Of a DNA stretch of 64,000 nt, positions 32,664 through 42,303 are shown in pieces. Where the stretch lies: positions 32,001 to 96,000 of the IMG/VR virus record IMGVR_UViG_3300018022_000003; one strand, written 5' to 3'. The position numbers were made by a program, and so were the translations under genes. Each line of letters starts with the position of its first letter. The stretch's first letter is position 1. This DNA is from a virus. The notes beneath the pieces were generated by a model. The model saw only the letters and a program-made list of their open reading frames with translations. It was not told the DNA's origin and did no database searches.

Positions 32664-32900
32664 ATGAATATTTCTCTCAAGGTTCTCGGGGGGGTGGTGG
32701 GGATAGCTATCTTCCTGAGCATCCTGGTCGTTGTCGGCCTGCTGGTGGGGTACCCCGCCAAGTGGATTATGAACTACCTGCTTGCGCCGTCGGCCTTGCA
32801 GGCGGTCTTCGGAGTCGCCAGGATGACCTTCTGGCGGGCCTTCTGGCTCAACATCCTCTGCGGGATACTGTTCAAGGCATCGGCATCCTCGGTGAAATAG
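32664..32900 (+). CDS. Small membrane protein
   Basis: AAGGAG RBS; two hydrophobic helices. Confidence 0.65.
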   Translation: MNISLKVLGGVVGIAIFLSILVVVGLLVGYPAKWIMNYLLAPSALQAVFGVARMTFWRAFWLNILCGILFKASASSVK

Positions 32901-32930
32901 GGAGGCAGCCCGAGGCGGCAAGAGGATGGG

Positions 32931-34595
32931 CTAGCTGTAGGACTGCACGAACCCCGTCACCCCGAAGGCCCTCCCTATCGGCGTAGGGGCTATCCCGTAG
33001 CCGGGCGCATAGGCGGTGTTGGTTATCTCCAGCCTGACCAGCCTGGTGACCAGCGGCACGTAGACCTTCCAGTCGGCCATGGCGGTGATGCCCACGCTGT
33101 ACACGTACTGGGGGGCGGTGCCGGACATGTCACGCTGCATCCCCTGGTAGGAGCGGCGGGCCTCGAAGACGGTCACCCCGTCCGCCTCCATGTTCTCCCT
33201 CCTCATCACGAGGAGCTGCTGCTTGAGCATCTCGCTCAGGTCCGAGGAGGTCTGGAGGTCGTTGGACCTCACGTCCAGGGTGAAGTCGATGTTCTCCTTG
33301 GAGCCGTACACCTCGTAGGTCTCGCACGTCTCGGGGGACACGATTACGGCCACCTGGTCCCCCACCACCACGTTGTCCCCTACCGCTATCCTCAGGCCTG
33401 GTATGAGGTGCTCGTTGGTGCGGTACTTCCTGGCCTCCTTCTCCGCCTGGGAGGTCTTTATCCTCACCTCCCACCTGCACCACTCCCCCGGCATCAGCAG
33501 CCTGGGGAGCGTCACCGTGCCGTCGCTGTTCACCGCCGCAGAGTAGTAGTCGCCGTAGGCGGTATGGATGAACACCTGGCCGTCGGCCAGGGACTCCCCC
33601 GGCCTGACGTCCGTCTGCAATATGTCCTCCGGGTTGGTGCCCGGGACGTCCAGGGGGTTTACCCTTACCACCATCCTGGCCGTTATGGTCATGCCGGGAG
33701 GGGTCCAGTCGGACAGCCTTACCCAGCCGTTGGAGGCGTACCAGGTGTAGTCCTTGCCTAGCTGGAGGACGTACCCTGTCTGGTCAACCAGGGAGAACGA
33801 CACGAGGGCGCTCATCTGCTGCGGGGGGCTGGAGCCTGGCACCGGCACCTTCTCCTGGGGGATGTTCGCTACCTCGGAGCCTCCCACGGTGCTGGCCACG
33901 ATGACCTGGTCAACCTCCTGCTGGTACCAGTAGTCCGCCAGCGGGCGCAGGGCCGCAGGGGGTGAGCCTGCAAAGAGGGTAAGGCCGGCGGGGGTAGGGG
34001 TGAGCAGGTAGCCGACACGGGGCGAGAGCAGCAGGTCTATGGGCACCGGGGGGCTGCCGGTGTAGGTAGGGTAGCTCCCGTCGTTCACGGCGGTCACCAG
34101 GGGGGTAGGGGGGCTTTCCCTCCCCTCCACGTATCCGGACAGCGTGGTGCCGTCTATGCCTGGGGCCAGGTAGACCACGGACCCCTGGGCGTTGCATACC
34201 TTCCCCTCCTCCCAGCGGAACTGCTGCATGGTCAGCTTTACCCCGCTGCTCTGGTCGTCCACGGAGTCCACGTTGAAGTAGTAGGTCCCGGCCACGGGGG
34301 TCTGCTTGGTGGCGTCCACCTCCTGGAGCCATTCCACGAAGGAGCCGTCGTGGTGCTCCACCTTCGCCAGGATGGCCCTCCCGTACTGCTTGGTCATGAA
34401 GTAGTCGGGGGACAGGCGGTTGCCGGCCGAGGACACGTCCTTGATGCTGACCTGGGCGTCCTTCCACTGTATCAGGTTGTTGAAGGGGGTTGACACCTCG
34501 CCGAGCGTGTCCCTGAACCGGGGGCTGCGGCTTACGGCGTCCTCTATGATGCGGCGTATGTAGGCGATGAGGTTCCCGCCCGTGAGGTCAAGCAT
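32931..34595 (-). CDS. Probable virion structural protein (tail/neck completion)
   Basis: Beta-rich composition; located in the minus-strand structural cluster. Confidence 0.6.
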   Translation of the reverse strand: MLDLTGGNLIAYIRRIIEDAVSRSPRFRDTLGEVSTPFNNLIQWKDAQVSIKDVSSAGNRLSPDYFMTKQYGRAILAKVEHHDGSFVEWLQEVDATKQTPVAGTYYFNVDSVDDQSSGVKLTMQQFRWEEGKVCNAQGSVVYLAPGIDGTTLSGYVEGRESPPTPLVTAVNDGSYPTYTGSPPVPIDLLLSPRVGYLLTPTPAGLTLFAGSPPAALRPLADYWYQQEVDQVIVASTVGGSEVANIPQEKVPVPGSSPPQQMSALVSFSLVDQTGYVLQLGKDYTWYASNGWVRLSDWTPPGMTITARMVVRVNPLDVPGTNPEDILQTDVRPGESLADGQVFIHTAYGDYYSAAVNSDGTVTLPRLLMPGEWCRWEVRIKTSQAEKEARKYRTNEHLIPGLRIAVGDNVVVGDQVAVIVSPETCETYEVYGSKENIDFTLDVRSNDLQTSSDLSEMLKQQLLVMRRENMEADGVTVFEARRSYQGMQRDMSGTAPQYVYSVGITAMADWKVYVPLVTRLVRLEITNTAYAPGYGIAPTPIGRAFGVTGFVQSYS

Positions 34596-34647
34596 AGCGT
34601 CTCCCTAATAAGGGAGGGCATAGGCGGGAACCTGGGGCCTGCCGTGC

Positions 34648-34929
34648 TTAGAGCTTCTTGAGGAGCTTCTCGGCCTCTGCCTTGGCGTCGTTGTACACCT
34701 TGGCGGCTTCGGCCTTAATCTTCTCTGCCTCAGCCTTTGCCTCGTTGAGAATCTTCTCTGCCTCGGGCGTTGCCTTGGCTATGTCTGCCTTGGCAGCGGC
34801 CTCAAGCTTCTTCGCCTCGGACACTCCCCTCCTCCACCATCCTATGATGATGGCCAGGACGTGCGAGAGGAACAGGGTGATTATCCCCTTGGCTCCGAGT
34901 ATGCTGACGATGTCGCTCCAGATGGTCAT
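34648..34929 (-). CDS. Small TM plus coiled-coil protein (holin/spanin-like or chaperone)
   Basis: N-terminal hydrophobic helix, then EA(K/E) repeats; AAGGAG RBS. Confidence 0.55.
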   Translation of the reverse strand: MTIWSDIVSILGAKGIITLFLSHVLAIIIGWWRRGVSEAKKLEAAAKADIAKATPEAEKILNEAKAEAEKIKAEAAKVYNDAKAEAEKLLKKL

Positions 34930-34993
34930 CTTGCTCTCCTTGTTCTAGGCGTGTGCTTCCGCCGTAGGTTAATACTGGATGCCGGACGGGTAC

Positions 34994-36208
34994 CTACCAG
35001 CTACTACCCTGCCCCAGCCTCGTGTCTGTCACCTGGTCGATGTCGCCCACGTTCGTCTCCTTGTCCATTATCTTGACGGGCAGGGCGCTGTAGTCAACGC
35101 CAGGGGGCGGGGGCGGCACGGTCTGGGTGATAGGCTCAATCCACTGGTGGATGGAGCGCCGTATGTCCCCGATGGACACGAACCAGCTAATCCTCGGGTA
35201 CCAGCGGTTCTCTATCTGTATCTTGCCTCCCCCGTCGTAGTACAGGATGTTCCACTCGCTGCCGTCATGGGCCTGGAATACGGCCCCCGGCAGCATGTAG
35301 GCGAAGAAAATCTCGTCCCCCTCGATAGGGCTTAGGGGGTTGGGGAGCTGCAACGTGCCGGGGTTGGGCTTGAACTGGGCGAAGGTGCTCGTCCGCACGT
35401 CCTCCGGGTCCCCTACCATGGCCTGTAGCCCCTGGTCGGGGTTTGGGTGGTCTTCCTCGCATAGCACCCTGGCCGTCTTGGCCAGCTCGGCCGTCATCTC
35501 CTTGGTATCCATAGCCGTTCCTCTCTTATGGGGCGGATAGTCGCCATTCTTTCCTTCCGCCTCCTGGATTCTCTCGTCCACGGCGTCGTCGTCCAGCGAC
35601 CTCATGGCCCAGTTCTTGTCCTCAAGCCTTATCTCCACCACCTGGCCGGGGGAGGGCCCTCCCCCCTGGGGCACCTTCTTGGGGTCCCCGTCCGTCAGGA
35701 TGCAGGGCAGGGCAAGCTGGAGGCGTGAATGGCTGAAGGCGGCTATGCTGCCCCCCGTCTCCTCGAACACTCTCCTCGCCCTCTCCTGGAGCCAGCGGAC
35801 TATCTTCGTTGCCCGGTCGTAGAACTCCCTGTAGGACCTGCCCCCTGGCGGGGCCTCGTCCATGCTCTGCTGGAGGGCCAGCATCTCCTCCTCGTGGTCC
35901 CGCACGTAGTCCCCGGACCACTCCCCCAGGTCCCAGGGGCGCAGGTTGGGGATGAGGTAGAGGGCGGCCCCGGTGGCCTTGGCCACCTCCCTGGCGGTCT
36001 CGGCCGCCCTGTCCAGGTCGGACGAGTATATCTCCTTCACGTTCAGGCTCTTGAACTTCTTGGCGTCCTCTTTTGCCTCCCTCTTCCCCTCTTCGTCCAG
36101 GGGGATGTTGGCCCATCCCCGGATGCGGCTGTCGAGGGAGTCCCCCGTAGTGCTGTTGTAGGGCGTGTGCCCGTGCCGGCCGAAGTATATGGTGGGCTTC
36201 CCTTCCAT
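34994..36208 (-). CDS. Histidine phosphatase (PGM family) fused to a C-terminal unknown domain
   Basis: RHGHT, YSSDLDRAAETA, LRPWDLGEW and FSH motifs. A possible internal start MDTKEM has its own RBS. Confidence 0.8.
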   Translation of the reverse strand: MEGKPTIYFGRHGHTPYNSTTGDSLDSRIRGWANIPLDEEGKREAKEDAKKFKSLNVKEIYSSDLDRAAETAREVAKATGAALYLIPNLRPWDLGEWSGDYVRDHEEEMLALQQSMDEAPPGGRSYREFYDRATKIVRWLQERARRVFEETGGSIAAFSHSRLQLALPCILTDGDPKKVPQGGGPSPGQVVEIRLEDKNWAMRSLDDDAVDERIQEAEGKNGDYPPHKRGTAMDTKEMTAELAKTARVLCEEDHPNPDQGLQAMVGDPEDVRTSTFAQFKPNPGTLQLPNPLSPIEGDEIFFAYMLPGAVFQAHDGSEWNILYYDGGGKIQIENRWYPRISWFVSIGDIRRSIHQWIEPITQTVPPPPPGVDYSALPVKIMDKETNVGDIDQVTDTRLGQGSSW

Positions 36209-37521
36209 TATGCCTCTATCTTCCCGAAGGTCACCGTCCTGCCGATGGGTACCTCGACGGTGTTCTCCCACGGCTCCCGGTTGGGCTGCTCCCTGGCGTC
36301 GTAGAGCGGCTCCCCGTCCCCCCTGAGGTGGTGGGGGTCGATGCCCTGGTCGGGGTTGTCCCTCACTACAGGGTTGTAAAGCGTCGGCAGGCCCGTGTTG
36401 AGGGGGATGAGGTAGCGGGTGTCGCCGGGCTTCAGCAGCTCGGTGCCGAAGTCCTGCTGTAGGAGGATGCCCCTGGGCTGCTTGTAGGTCACGCCGTGTA
36501 TGACCAGCCGGTCGCCGGTCCTCCGCACCAGGAGGTCCCCGTCCTGGACGATGGGGGTGTTGGTCAGGTACGAGCGGCTCTCACGGGCCGCCTTGATGCC
36601 CCCTCCCTCGTCCAGCTCACGCACCAGGGCGGTGTCCGGGGGGACGTAGAGCAGGTCGTAGGGGCCGTAGTACCCCCCGATTATGCCGGTCTCGAAGCAC
36701 GACTTGCACCCGTGCCTGGGCGCTCCCAGCCCGGCCTCGGGGCGCACGCACCCGCACGGCTCCCCCCTCGTCCGCCTGAACAGGACATAGGCCGGCTCCC
36801 CCACCTGCTCGAACACCCACTGGTTGCGCCTTACCATCTCGGCGTACTCCCAGGTGATGGCGTCCACCTCCTGGGTGTTCACTACCTTGCTTCCCGGCGC
36901 TCCTGGCCTGTGAAGCTCCCCGTGGTCCCCGACAGGCACCACGGTATAGAACTGCCGGACCATGGAGGTATAGATGTCCACGTAGTTCGCCAGGCGCTTG
37001 TAGGTCGCCCGGAACCTCTGTATCCCGCCGTAGTTCACCTGGTTGACGTTGTCGGTATAGACCTGGGCCTGGTCCGACACCGCACCCCCCTGCGGCAGGT
37101 CGTTGTCGGCCGGCAGCCAGACGGCCTGGTCGAGCGGCACCACGGCTATGGGGCGTACGGTAATGGTGCTGTTGGAGATGTCCGTCAGGGTGACGGAGAC
37201 GTCGTCGGGGCTGGTGGCCAGCTTCGGCCTGGACGCCACTATGTCGGAGTAGGGTGCCTCGGGGAGCTTGAACCCCCACTTGCCCATCCCCCCCTTGTCA
37301 ATCCAGTCCTTGGGCCCTACCTCGTAGGTTACCTCCTCCAGGGCCGCCTGGTCACGCCAGAAGTGGCCCCTCCATACCCCCCGGTTCAGCCTCTCCCAGT
37401 TGTCCGGGTAGTCGTGTGCCCTGTAGATGTTGTACCCCTTCGTCGCCTCGGGGTCGTCCACCCACCATAGGTCACGGCTCCCTACGTAGCTGGAGTTAAG
37501 GACGAGAAGCTCGTTTACCAT
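36208..37521 (-). CDS. Probable head-tail neck/adaptor protein
   Basis: GEP...RRTRGEPCGC...CKSCFETG..GGY pattern seen in large-phage neck proteins. Confidence 0.6.
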   Translation of the reverse strand: MVNELLVLNSSYVGSRDLWWVDDPEATKGYNIYRAHDYPDNWERLNRGVWRGHFWRDQAALEEVTYEVGPKDWIDKGGMGKWGFKLPEAPYSDIVASRPKLATSPDDVSVTLTDISNSTITVRPIAVVPLDQAVWLPADNDLPQGGAVSDQAQVYTDNVNQVNYGGIQRFRATYKRLANYVDIYTSMVRQFYTVVPVGDHGELHRPGAPGSKVVNTQEVDAITWEYAEMVRRNQWVFEQVGEPAYVLFRRTRGEPCGCVRPEAGLGAPRHGCKSCFETGIIGGYYGPYDLLYVPPDTALVRELDEGGGIKAARESRSYLTNTPIVQDGDLLVRRTGDRLVIHGVTYKQPRGILLQQDFGTELLKPGDTRYLIPLNTGLPTLYNPVVRDNPDQGIDPHHLRGDGEPLYDAREQPNREPWENTVEVPIGRTVTFGKIEA

Positions 37522-37571
37522 TGCCCCCTACTGATAAAGGGGCGGGTAGTCCTGCCTCGTATAAAACCCGA

Positions 37572-37608
37572 AGAATCCTGCTGTAACGTGTGTATCCTGG
37601 TGTATAAT
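37572..37608 (+). promoter_or_regulatory. Bipartite promoter-like motif AGAATCC-N22-TGTATAAT
   Basis: Copy upstream of ku; includes GTGTATCC. Confidence 0.75.
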
Positions 37609-37628
37609 GTAGGTGGAGGGAAAAGGAC

Positions 37629-38636
37629 ATGCCAAAAGCAAAGCCTACCGTAGCGGACGCCGCCAGCATCGCCAGCCAGCTCAGCGCCGTGCTCAAGCCG
37701 CAGCCCGCCGTCGCCCCGCAGGCCGCAGCCAAGGAGAAGGTCTACGTCAGCAAGGCAACGTGGTCGGGCACCCTTGTCGTCGCCCCCGGCCTTGCCTTCA
37801 AGGCAAAGCTCTACAAGGCCACCAACGACCCCACGGAGGGGTTCAAGTCCAACATGGTACACCAGTGTGCCTGTGCTGACGGCACCACGCAGTACTCGCA
37901 GCTAAGGCAGGGCAGCATGAAGTGCTCCGTGTGCGGCGTCGATGTCCCCAAGGAAAGCATCCAGAAGGGCATCCCCAACGGCGACGGCACCTTCACCGTC
38001 GTCAGCGAGGACGATAAGAAGTCCTGCATGGTCCGCTCCGAGGGAGAGGCGGAAATCCTCCGCTTCGTCCCCCTTACCTCCGTTGACCCCATATACTTCG
38101 ACGGCGCATCCGAGTTCCTCGGCCCCGACAAGGGCACCGAGAAGCACTACGCCATCCTGCGTGAGATGCTGAACAAGGGCCTTGCCGCAGTCGCCATGAA
38201 CGTCCAGCGTGGGCAGGAGTACATGCTGGTCCTCCGCCCCTACGGCACGAGCGGCATCATCGCCAACTACATCCGCAGGGAGCACGAGGTCCGTGCGTGC
38301 GACAAGTTCCCCACGGTCGCCCTGAGCGTCCAGGAGAAGGCGCTTGCCTCCTCCCTTGCCGACGCCCTGACGGGACGGTTCGACACCGACGAGTTCCCCG
38401 ACACCTACGCCAGCAACCTGCGTGGGCTTATCGCCGCCAAACAGGCAGGGACGGCGGCCCCCGTGGTCGAGAAGCAGGCACCCGCCCCCCTGACGGTTGA
38501 CCTGATGGCGGCCCTCCAGGCCTCTATCAACGCCGCCAAGGCAAAGCAGGGCGGGCAGCCCGTCGCCGTCGCCGAGCAGCTTATCGCCGAGAAGGCCGCC
38601 GAGGCCTCCAGCGCCGCCAAGTTCGCCATCAACTAA
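37629..38636 (+). CDS. ku: Ku (NHEJ DNA end-binding) protein
   Basis: TWSGTL, KLYKAT, VDPIYFD, LRP.G, FPDTY...L..LI.AK..G and VDLMAALQASI. Confidence 0.88.
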   Translation: MPKAKPTVADAASIASQLSAVLKPQPAVAPQAAAKEKVYVSKATWSGTLVVAPGLAFKAKLYKATNDPTEGFKSNMVHQCACADGTTQYSQLRQGSMKCSVCGVDVPKESIQKGIPNGDGTFTVVSEDDKKSCMVRSEGEAEILRFVPLTSVDPIYFDGASEFLGPDKGTEKHYAILREMLNKGLAAVAMNVQRGQEYMLVLRPYGTSGIIANYIRREHEVRACDKFPTVALSVQEKALASSLADALTGRFDTDEFPDTYASNLRGLIAAKQAGTAAPVVEKQAPAPLTVDLMAALQASINAAKAKQGGQPVAVAEQLIAEKAAEASSAAKFAIN

Positions 38637-38646
38637 GGAGCCGCAG

Positions 38647-39417
38647 ATGAAGGCAGAGCTTCTGACACCGATAGGCATACCGAGGCTGATGGCCCTTGCC
38701 AGGGACGACAACTACGGGTTCCAGCAGAAGCACGACGGGCACCGCACCCTGGTAGAGAAGCACGGCAATGCTATAAGGACCTACAACCGGGAGGGGGAGC
38801 CTACGCACCCCCTCCCCCCCTCCCTGCAAGGCACCCTCCTGGCGAGCGGCATCCCCGACTTCTATATCGACACGGAGCGTGTGGCCAGGCGGCTCATAGT
38901 CCTGGACGTCGTCAGCCTCCTGGGGTCAGACCTGAGGGCCCTGCCCTACAGCAGCCGTGAGCCTATCGCCCACCAGGCGTTCGACTGCCTGGGGCCCGGG
39001 GTAGAGGCCATCGGCACCATCCTGGGGACGGAGGCCAAGCTGGCCTACGTGGAGTACCTCATCAGGACCAAAGCAGAGGGGGTGGTCGTGCGTGACATGC
39101 GGAAACCCTACAGGGAGGGCGACGCCTGCCAGCACTTCAAGCTGAAGTTCGTCAAGGAGTGTGACGCCGTGGTCATAGGCCCCTCCCCTGACGGCAAGGA
39201 CAGCGTCCGCATAGGGCTGTACAGGGGCGACGGTACCCTGCACGAGATATCCGGGGTTAGCCTCAGGAACAAGTTCAGGGTCCAGCCCGGCGACGTCATA
39301 ACGGTGCGCTACCTATGCGCTACCAGGGACCTGCACATACGGGAGCCTCACCTCGTCCGCAAGCGGGACGACAAGAGGGCCTCCGACTGCTGGCTCAGCC
39401 AGCTAACCGAGGAATGA
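38647..39417 (+). CDS. Minimal ATP-dependent DNA ligase
   Basis: Motif I QKHDG, motif III D.E, EGVV and FKLK; C-terminal OB fold. Confidence 0.85.
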   Translation: MKAELLTPIGIPRLMALARDDNYGFQQKHDGHRTLVEKHGNAIRTYNREGEPTHPLPPSLQGTLLASGIPDFYIDTERVARRLIVLDVVSLLGSDLRALPYSSREPIAHQAFDCLGPGVEAIGTILGTEAKLAYVEYLIRTKAEGVVVRDMRKPYREGDACQHFKLKFVKECDAVVIGPSPDGKDSVRIGLYRGDGTLHEISGVSLRNKFRVQPGDVITVRYLCATRDLHIREPHLVRKRDDKRASDCWLSQLTEE

Positions 39418-39428
39418 GGGGTAATATC

Positions 39429-39635
39429 ATGGTAGTGGTCAGCCACGGGAGAGCCGAGCTGCTCTCGGAGGCAGAGGAACAGGATATCCTATGGGAGATA
39501 GCCGGGGATGTCCTGGGGCCAGCCTATAGGGAAGCATACAAGAGGCTGTTTACGCTCACGGAGGAGGTCAGGGTGCAGTATATCCCCCCGTTCCGGCATA
39601 TGAGGAGGGCTGTCCATGTTCCTAAAGCTGCTTAA
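39429..39635 (+). CDS. Hypothetical protein
   Basis: ORF within the operon. Confidence 0.5.
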   Translation: MVVVSHGRAELLSEAEEQDILWEIAGDVLGPAYREAYKRLFTLTEEVRVQYIPPFRHMRRAVHVPKAA

Positions 39636-39801
39636 GCGCATGGCGTTCCATGCCGCCGTGGTCATAGGCGGCTCCTGCTCCATCATCCTGCTTGTCCTGA
39701 GGAGGCTTGTCACCTTCCAGCAGGGGGTAGGGCTGGCCATGGTCCTGGGCCTGGTCCTCGGGCTGGCAAGCATGTTCCTTGAGAGGAAAGGGGTTATCTG
39801 A
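39616..39801 (+). CDS. Small two-TM membrane protein
   Basis: Two hydrophobic helices. Confidence 0.55.
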   Translation: MFLKLLKRMAFHAAVVIGGSCSIILLVLRRLVTFQQGVGLAMVLGLVLGLASMFLERKGVI

Positions 39802-40184
39802 TGGTCTTCGTCTTCGGCAGCAATGAGAAGGGAATCCATGGCGGGGGGGCAGCACGCACCGCCGTGGCCCGCTACGGTGCCGTATGGGGGCAGGGGGAGG
39901 GAAGGCAGGGCAACGCCTACGCCATCCCCACATGCAGCGCCCCGATGCGCTCGGACGGGGACCGGCTTCCCCTCCCCAAGGTCAGGGAGTACGTCCACAG
40001 GTTCGTCCAGTACGCCAAGGGCCACCCCGAGGAGAAGTTCAAGGTCACCCAGGTGGGGTGCGGCCTGGCGGGCCTCGCAGCGGCGGACGTCGCCCCCATG
40101 TTCGAGGACGCCCCCCGGAACTGCTACTTTGACCTGGCATGGGAGGGGTTCCTCCCCCACCATCTATTCTGGGGCACCTACTAG
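39801..40184 (+). CDS. Macro-like phage protein (A1S_2505-type family)
   Basis: VFVFGSN..GIHGGGAA, G.GEG.QG.AYAIPT and F.VT.VGCGLAG. Confidence 0.75.
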   Translation: MVFVFGSNEKGIHGGGAARTAVARYGAVWGQGEGRQGNAYAIPTCSAPMRSDGDRLPLPKVREYVHRFVQYAKGHPEEKFKVTQVGCGLAGLAAADVAPMFEDAPRNCYFDLAWEGFLPHHLFWGTY

Positions 40185-40219
40185 AATCCCGTCCCATCCT
40201 GTGTATCCTGGTGTATACT
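40183..40219 (+). promoter_or_regulatory. Bipartite promoter-like motif AGAATCC-N22-TGTATACT
   Basis: Copy upstream of the 40240 ORF; includes GTGTATCC. Confidence 0.75.
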
Positions 40220-40239
40220 ACAAAAGGAAGGAGAAACCC

Positions 40240-40476
40240 ATGCCATCACCCAGGAAGAGGGTCCCGGTCACCAAGGACGAGAACTTCGGCAATGCCGTCG
40301 CCGAGCTTATGGACACCCTGGAGGCGGTCGGGAAGAAGAGCCAGAGCCTACCCGACGAGCTTCTGGACGAGGTCCATGAGAGGGTCGAGGACCTTACCAT
40401 ACTTATCCAGAAGGCCCTGGTGCATGAGGGCGTCAGGGTGCAGTACCGCAGCGGCCCCACGGAGCCGGGGGACTAG
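40240..40476 (+). CDS. Hypothetical protein (78 aa)
   Basis: AAGGAG RBS after the promoter motif. Confidence 0.65.
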   Translation: MPSPRKRVPVTKDENFGNAVAELMDTLEAVGKKSQSLPDELLDEVHERVEDLTILIQKALVHEGVRVQYRSGPTEPGD

Positions 40477-41066
40477 GCCCTCATCCAGTCCCTCCTGACC
40501 TCTACCCACTCCCCTGGCTGTATCTCGCTCTCCTCGCTGTACTTGAACATGAAGTCAGGGATGTCCGGCAGCCCGGCGAACAGCCACTCCGTCCCCATCA
40601 TCACGTTCTGGAGATGGGTGCAGACCAGGACATGGCCCTCCTCGGGGGCGTCGTAGATTATCTTCTTTATGTCCTCCGTCAGCCTCTCCAGGAAGGAGTT
40701 CATGGACTCCCCGTCCTTGGGCGCAAGGTCCCTGCCAGCCCCGGTGGCCAGGATGTTCAGGACGTCCCTTATCCCCGCTATCTCCCTGCCGTTCAGGATG
40801 CCGTAGTTGCGGCTCCTCAGCCCCTCCAGCTTGGCCACCTTCAGGTCGTACTCGTGCGCCACGCTGGTGGCGAGGATGGACGCCCTCTCCAACGGGCTGC
40901 TGTACACCTGCTTGATGCAGGAGTAGGCCTCCTTCAGCCTCTTCACGATGATGGGTATCTGGGCGAACCCGTCCGGGGACAGGGGTATGTCCAGCCCTCC
41001 CCGGAGCCTGACCGGCTCCAGGTTGAAGGCCGTCTGCGGGTGGCGGAGGAAGACTATCTTCTTCAA
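40473..41066 (-). CDS. Histidine phosphatase family protein (TTG start)
   Basis: FLRHPQT, YSSPLERA, LRSRNYG, GESM and VCTH. Confidence 0.8.
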   Translation of the reverse strand: MKKIVFLRHPQTAFNLEPVRLRGGLDIPLSPDGFAQIPIIVKRLKEAYSCIKQVYSSPLERASILATSVAHEYDLKVAKLEGLRSRNYGILNGREIAGIRDVLNILATGAGRDLAPKDGESMNSFLERLTEDIKKIIYDAPEEGHVLVCTHLQNVMMGTEWLFAGLPDIPDFMFKYSEESEIQPGEWVEVRRDWMRA

Positions 41067-41070
41067 GGGC

Positions 41071-41259
41071 CTACAGCTCCCTCTTGCAGTAGGGGCACCT
41101 TCTCGGCCCCGTCGAGTCGTACTCGGGGCTGGGGTCCTGCCCGCTCGGCAGGCAGAGGAAGCCCCCGGTGCCCGTGATGACGATGCGGAAGGTGCCGTTT
41201 GCCAGCGTCTCTGCCGACACCTGCGGGCTGTCGCCGTTCTCGCCCAGTATGTGCAGCAT
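41071..41259 (-). CDS. Small hypothetical protein with CPYC
   Basis: GGAGGG RBS. Confidence 0.55.
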   Translation of the reverse strand: MLHILGENGDSPQVSAETLANGTFRIVITGTGGFLCLPSGQDPSPEYDSTGPRRCPYCKREL

Positions 41260-41266
41260 GCCCCTC

Positions 41267-42190
41267 CTATCCGAGCAGCCACCTCTGCTGCCTGAGGCCG
41301 GCGCTGTAGGGCCGGATGGCGGTGACGAGGGGTGCCCACTCCTGGAACTCCTGCTGGTAGGACTGCCCCAGGCTCATGTAGAGCTGGGACTTGTTTATGT
41401 CCAGGCTTACCCCGTTGAGGCTGTAGCTGAACTCGTCCGCCGCCCACCTTGCCCCCTCGGCGGTCAGGCAGGAGGACGCCGCCCCCACCGCTGCGCACTT
41501 ACCCCAGTCCCTAGGCACGGTGTCCAGGGTGTAGTTCGTCAGGTTCTTGGGGTTCCAGGTATTGAGCTTGCTGATGCTTATGTCCAGCATCCTCAGTATG
41601 GTAGGGTCGAGCCAGATGTACCCTACCCTGGTCGTGTACCCCGCCACGACCTTGCCGGGCGTGGGGGGGCGGAAGTGGTAGTTCCTGTCCGGGTTGGTGT
41701 CCGACAGCAGCTCCCGGACGTACATGACGGCCGGGGCGTACCTGTTGGTCGTCGCTGGCCGGGGGGCGATTATGGCGCTGGGTGCCTCGAAGGAGGAGCT
41801 TGCCGGGTCTATGGGCTGGACGATGAAGTCCTCGAACACCCGGTTCTCCGGCTGCCCCTGGTACTGCACGATGTACCATACCAGGCGGAATATGCCCTTC
41901 CAGAGGGTAGGCACCACCATGGGGACGTAGTATGCCCCCTGGGAGGCCCTGGCGGGCACCATCTTGGGCTGGCTGGCCAGGATGAGGTCCTTCTCCGGCA
42001 GCACCATCATGTGGTTGGGCTGCTCCAGGTCGTAGTCGTACGCCCGCTGCCCCACCAGGGGGACCTTCTCGGTGACCTGGAATATGGAATAGGTTATAAT
42101 GGCGGGGTCTATGAGCGCCCCGTTCGAGTCCCTCACCAGGATGCTGAGGTCCCCCGGTCCTAGCCGCTTCCCCTGCGTTACGGTCTCCAT
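41267..42190 (-). CDS. Probable head-closure/virion structural protein
   Basis: GGGGAG RBS; ends with YSLNGVSLDI..SQ.Y, typical of large-phage head-tail connectors. Confidence 0.55.
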   Translation of the reverse strand: METVTQGKRLGPGDLSILVRDSNGALIDPAIITYSIFQVTEKVPLVGQRAYDYDLEQPNHMMVLPEKDLILASQPKMVPARASQGAYYVPMVVPTLWKGIFRLVWYIVQYQGQPENRVFEDFIVQPIDPASSSFEAPSAIIAPRPATTNRYAPAVMYVRELLSDTNPDRNYHFRPPTPGKVVAGYTTRVGYIWLDPTILRMLDISISKLNTWNPKNLTNYTLDTVPRDWGKCAAVGAASSCLTAEGARWAADEFSYSLNGVSLDINKSQLYMSLGQSYQQEFQEWAPLVTAIRPYSAGLRQQRWLLG

Positions 42191-42303
42191 GCTGCTCCCC
42201 TGCATAGGATAACGGTAGCCAAAACACGACTTTTACCTGCCTCTAGTAGGGGCGTCCCTGCGGCAGAGGCGGCCCTGCCCCGAGGGCAGGGGGAGGAAAG
42301 CAG

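Noticed and set aside
38811-38822. C/G homopolymer runs (also near 3883, 53211 and 52681) as phase-variation tracts
   Set aside because: They are short, in frame and expected in Pro/Gly codons of GC-rich DNA.
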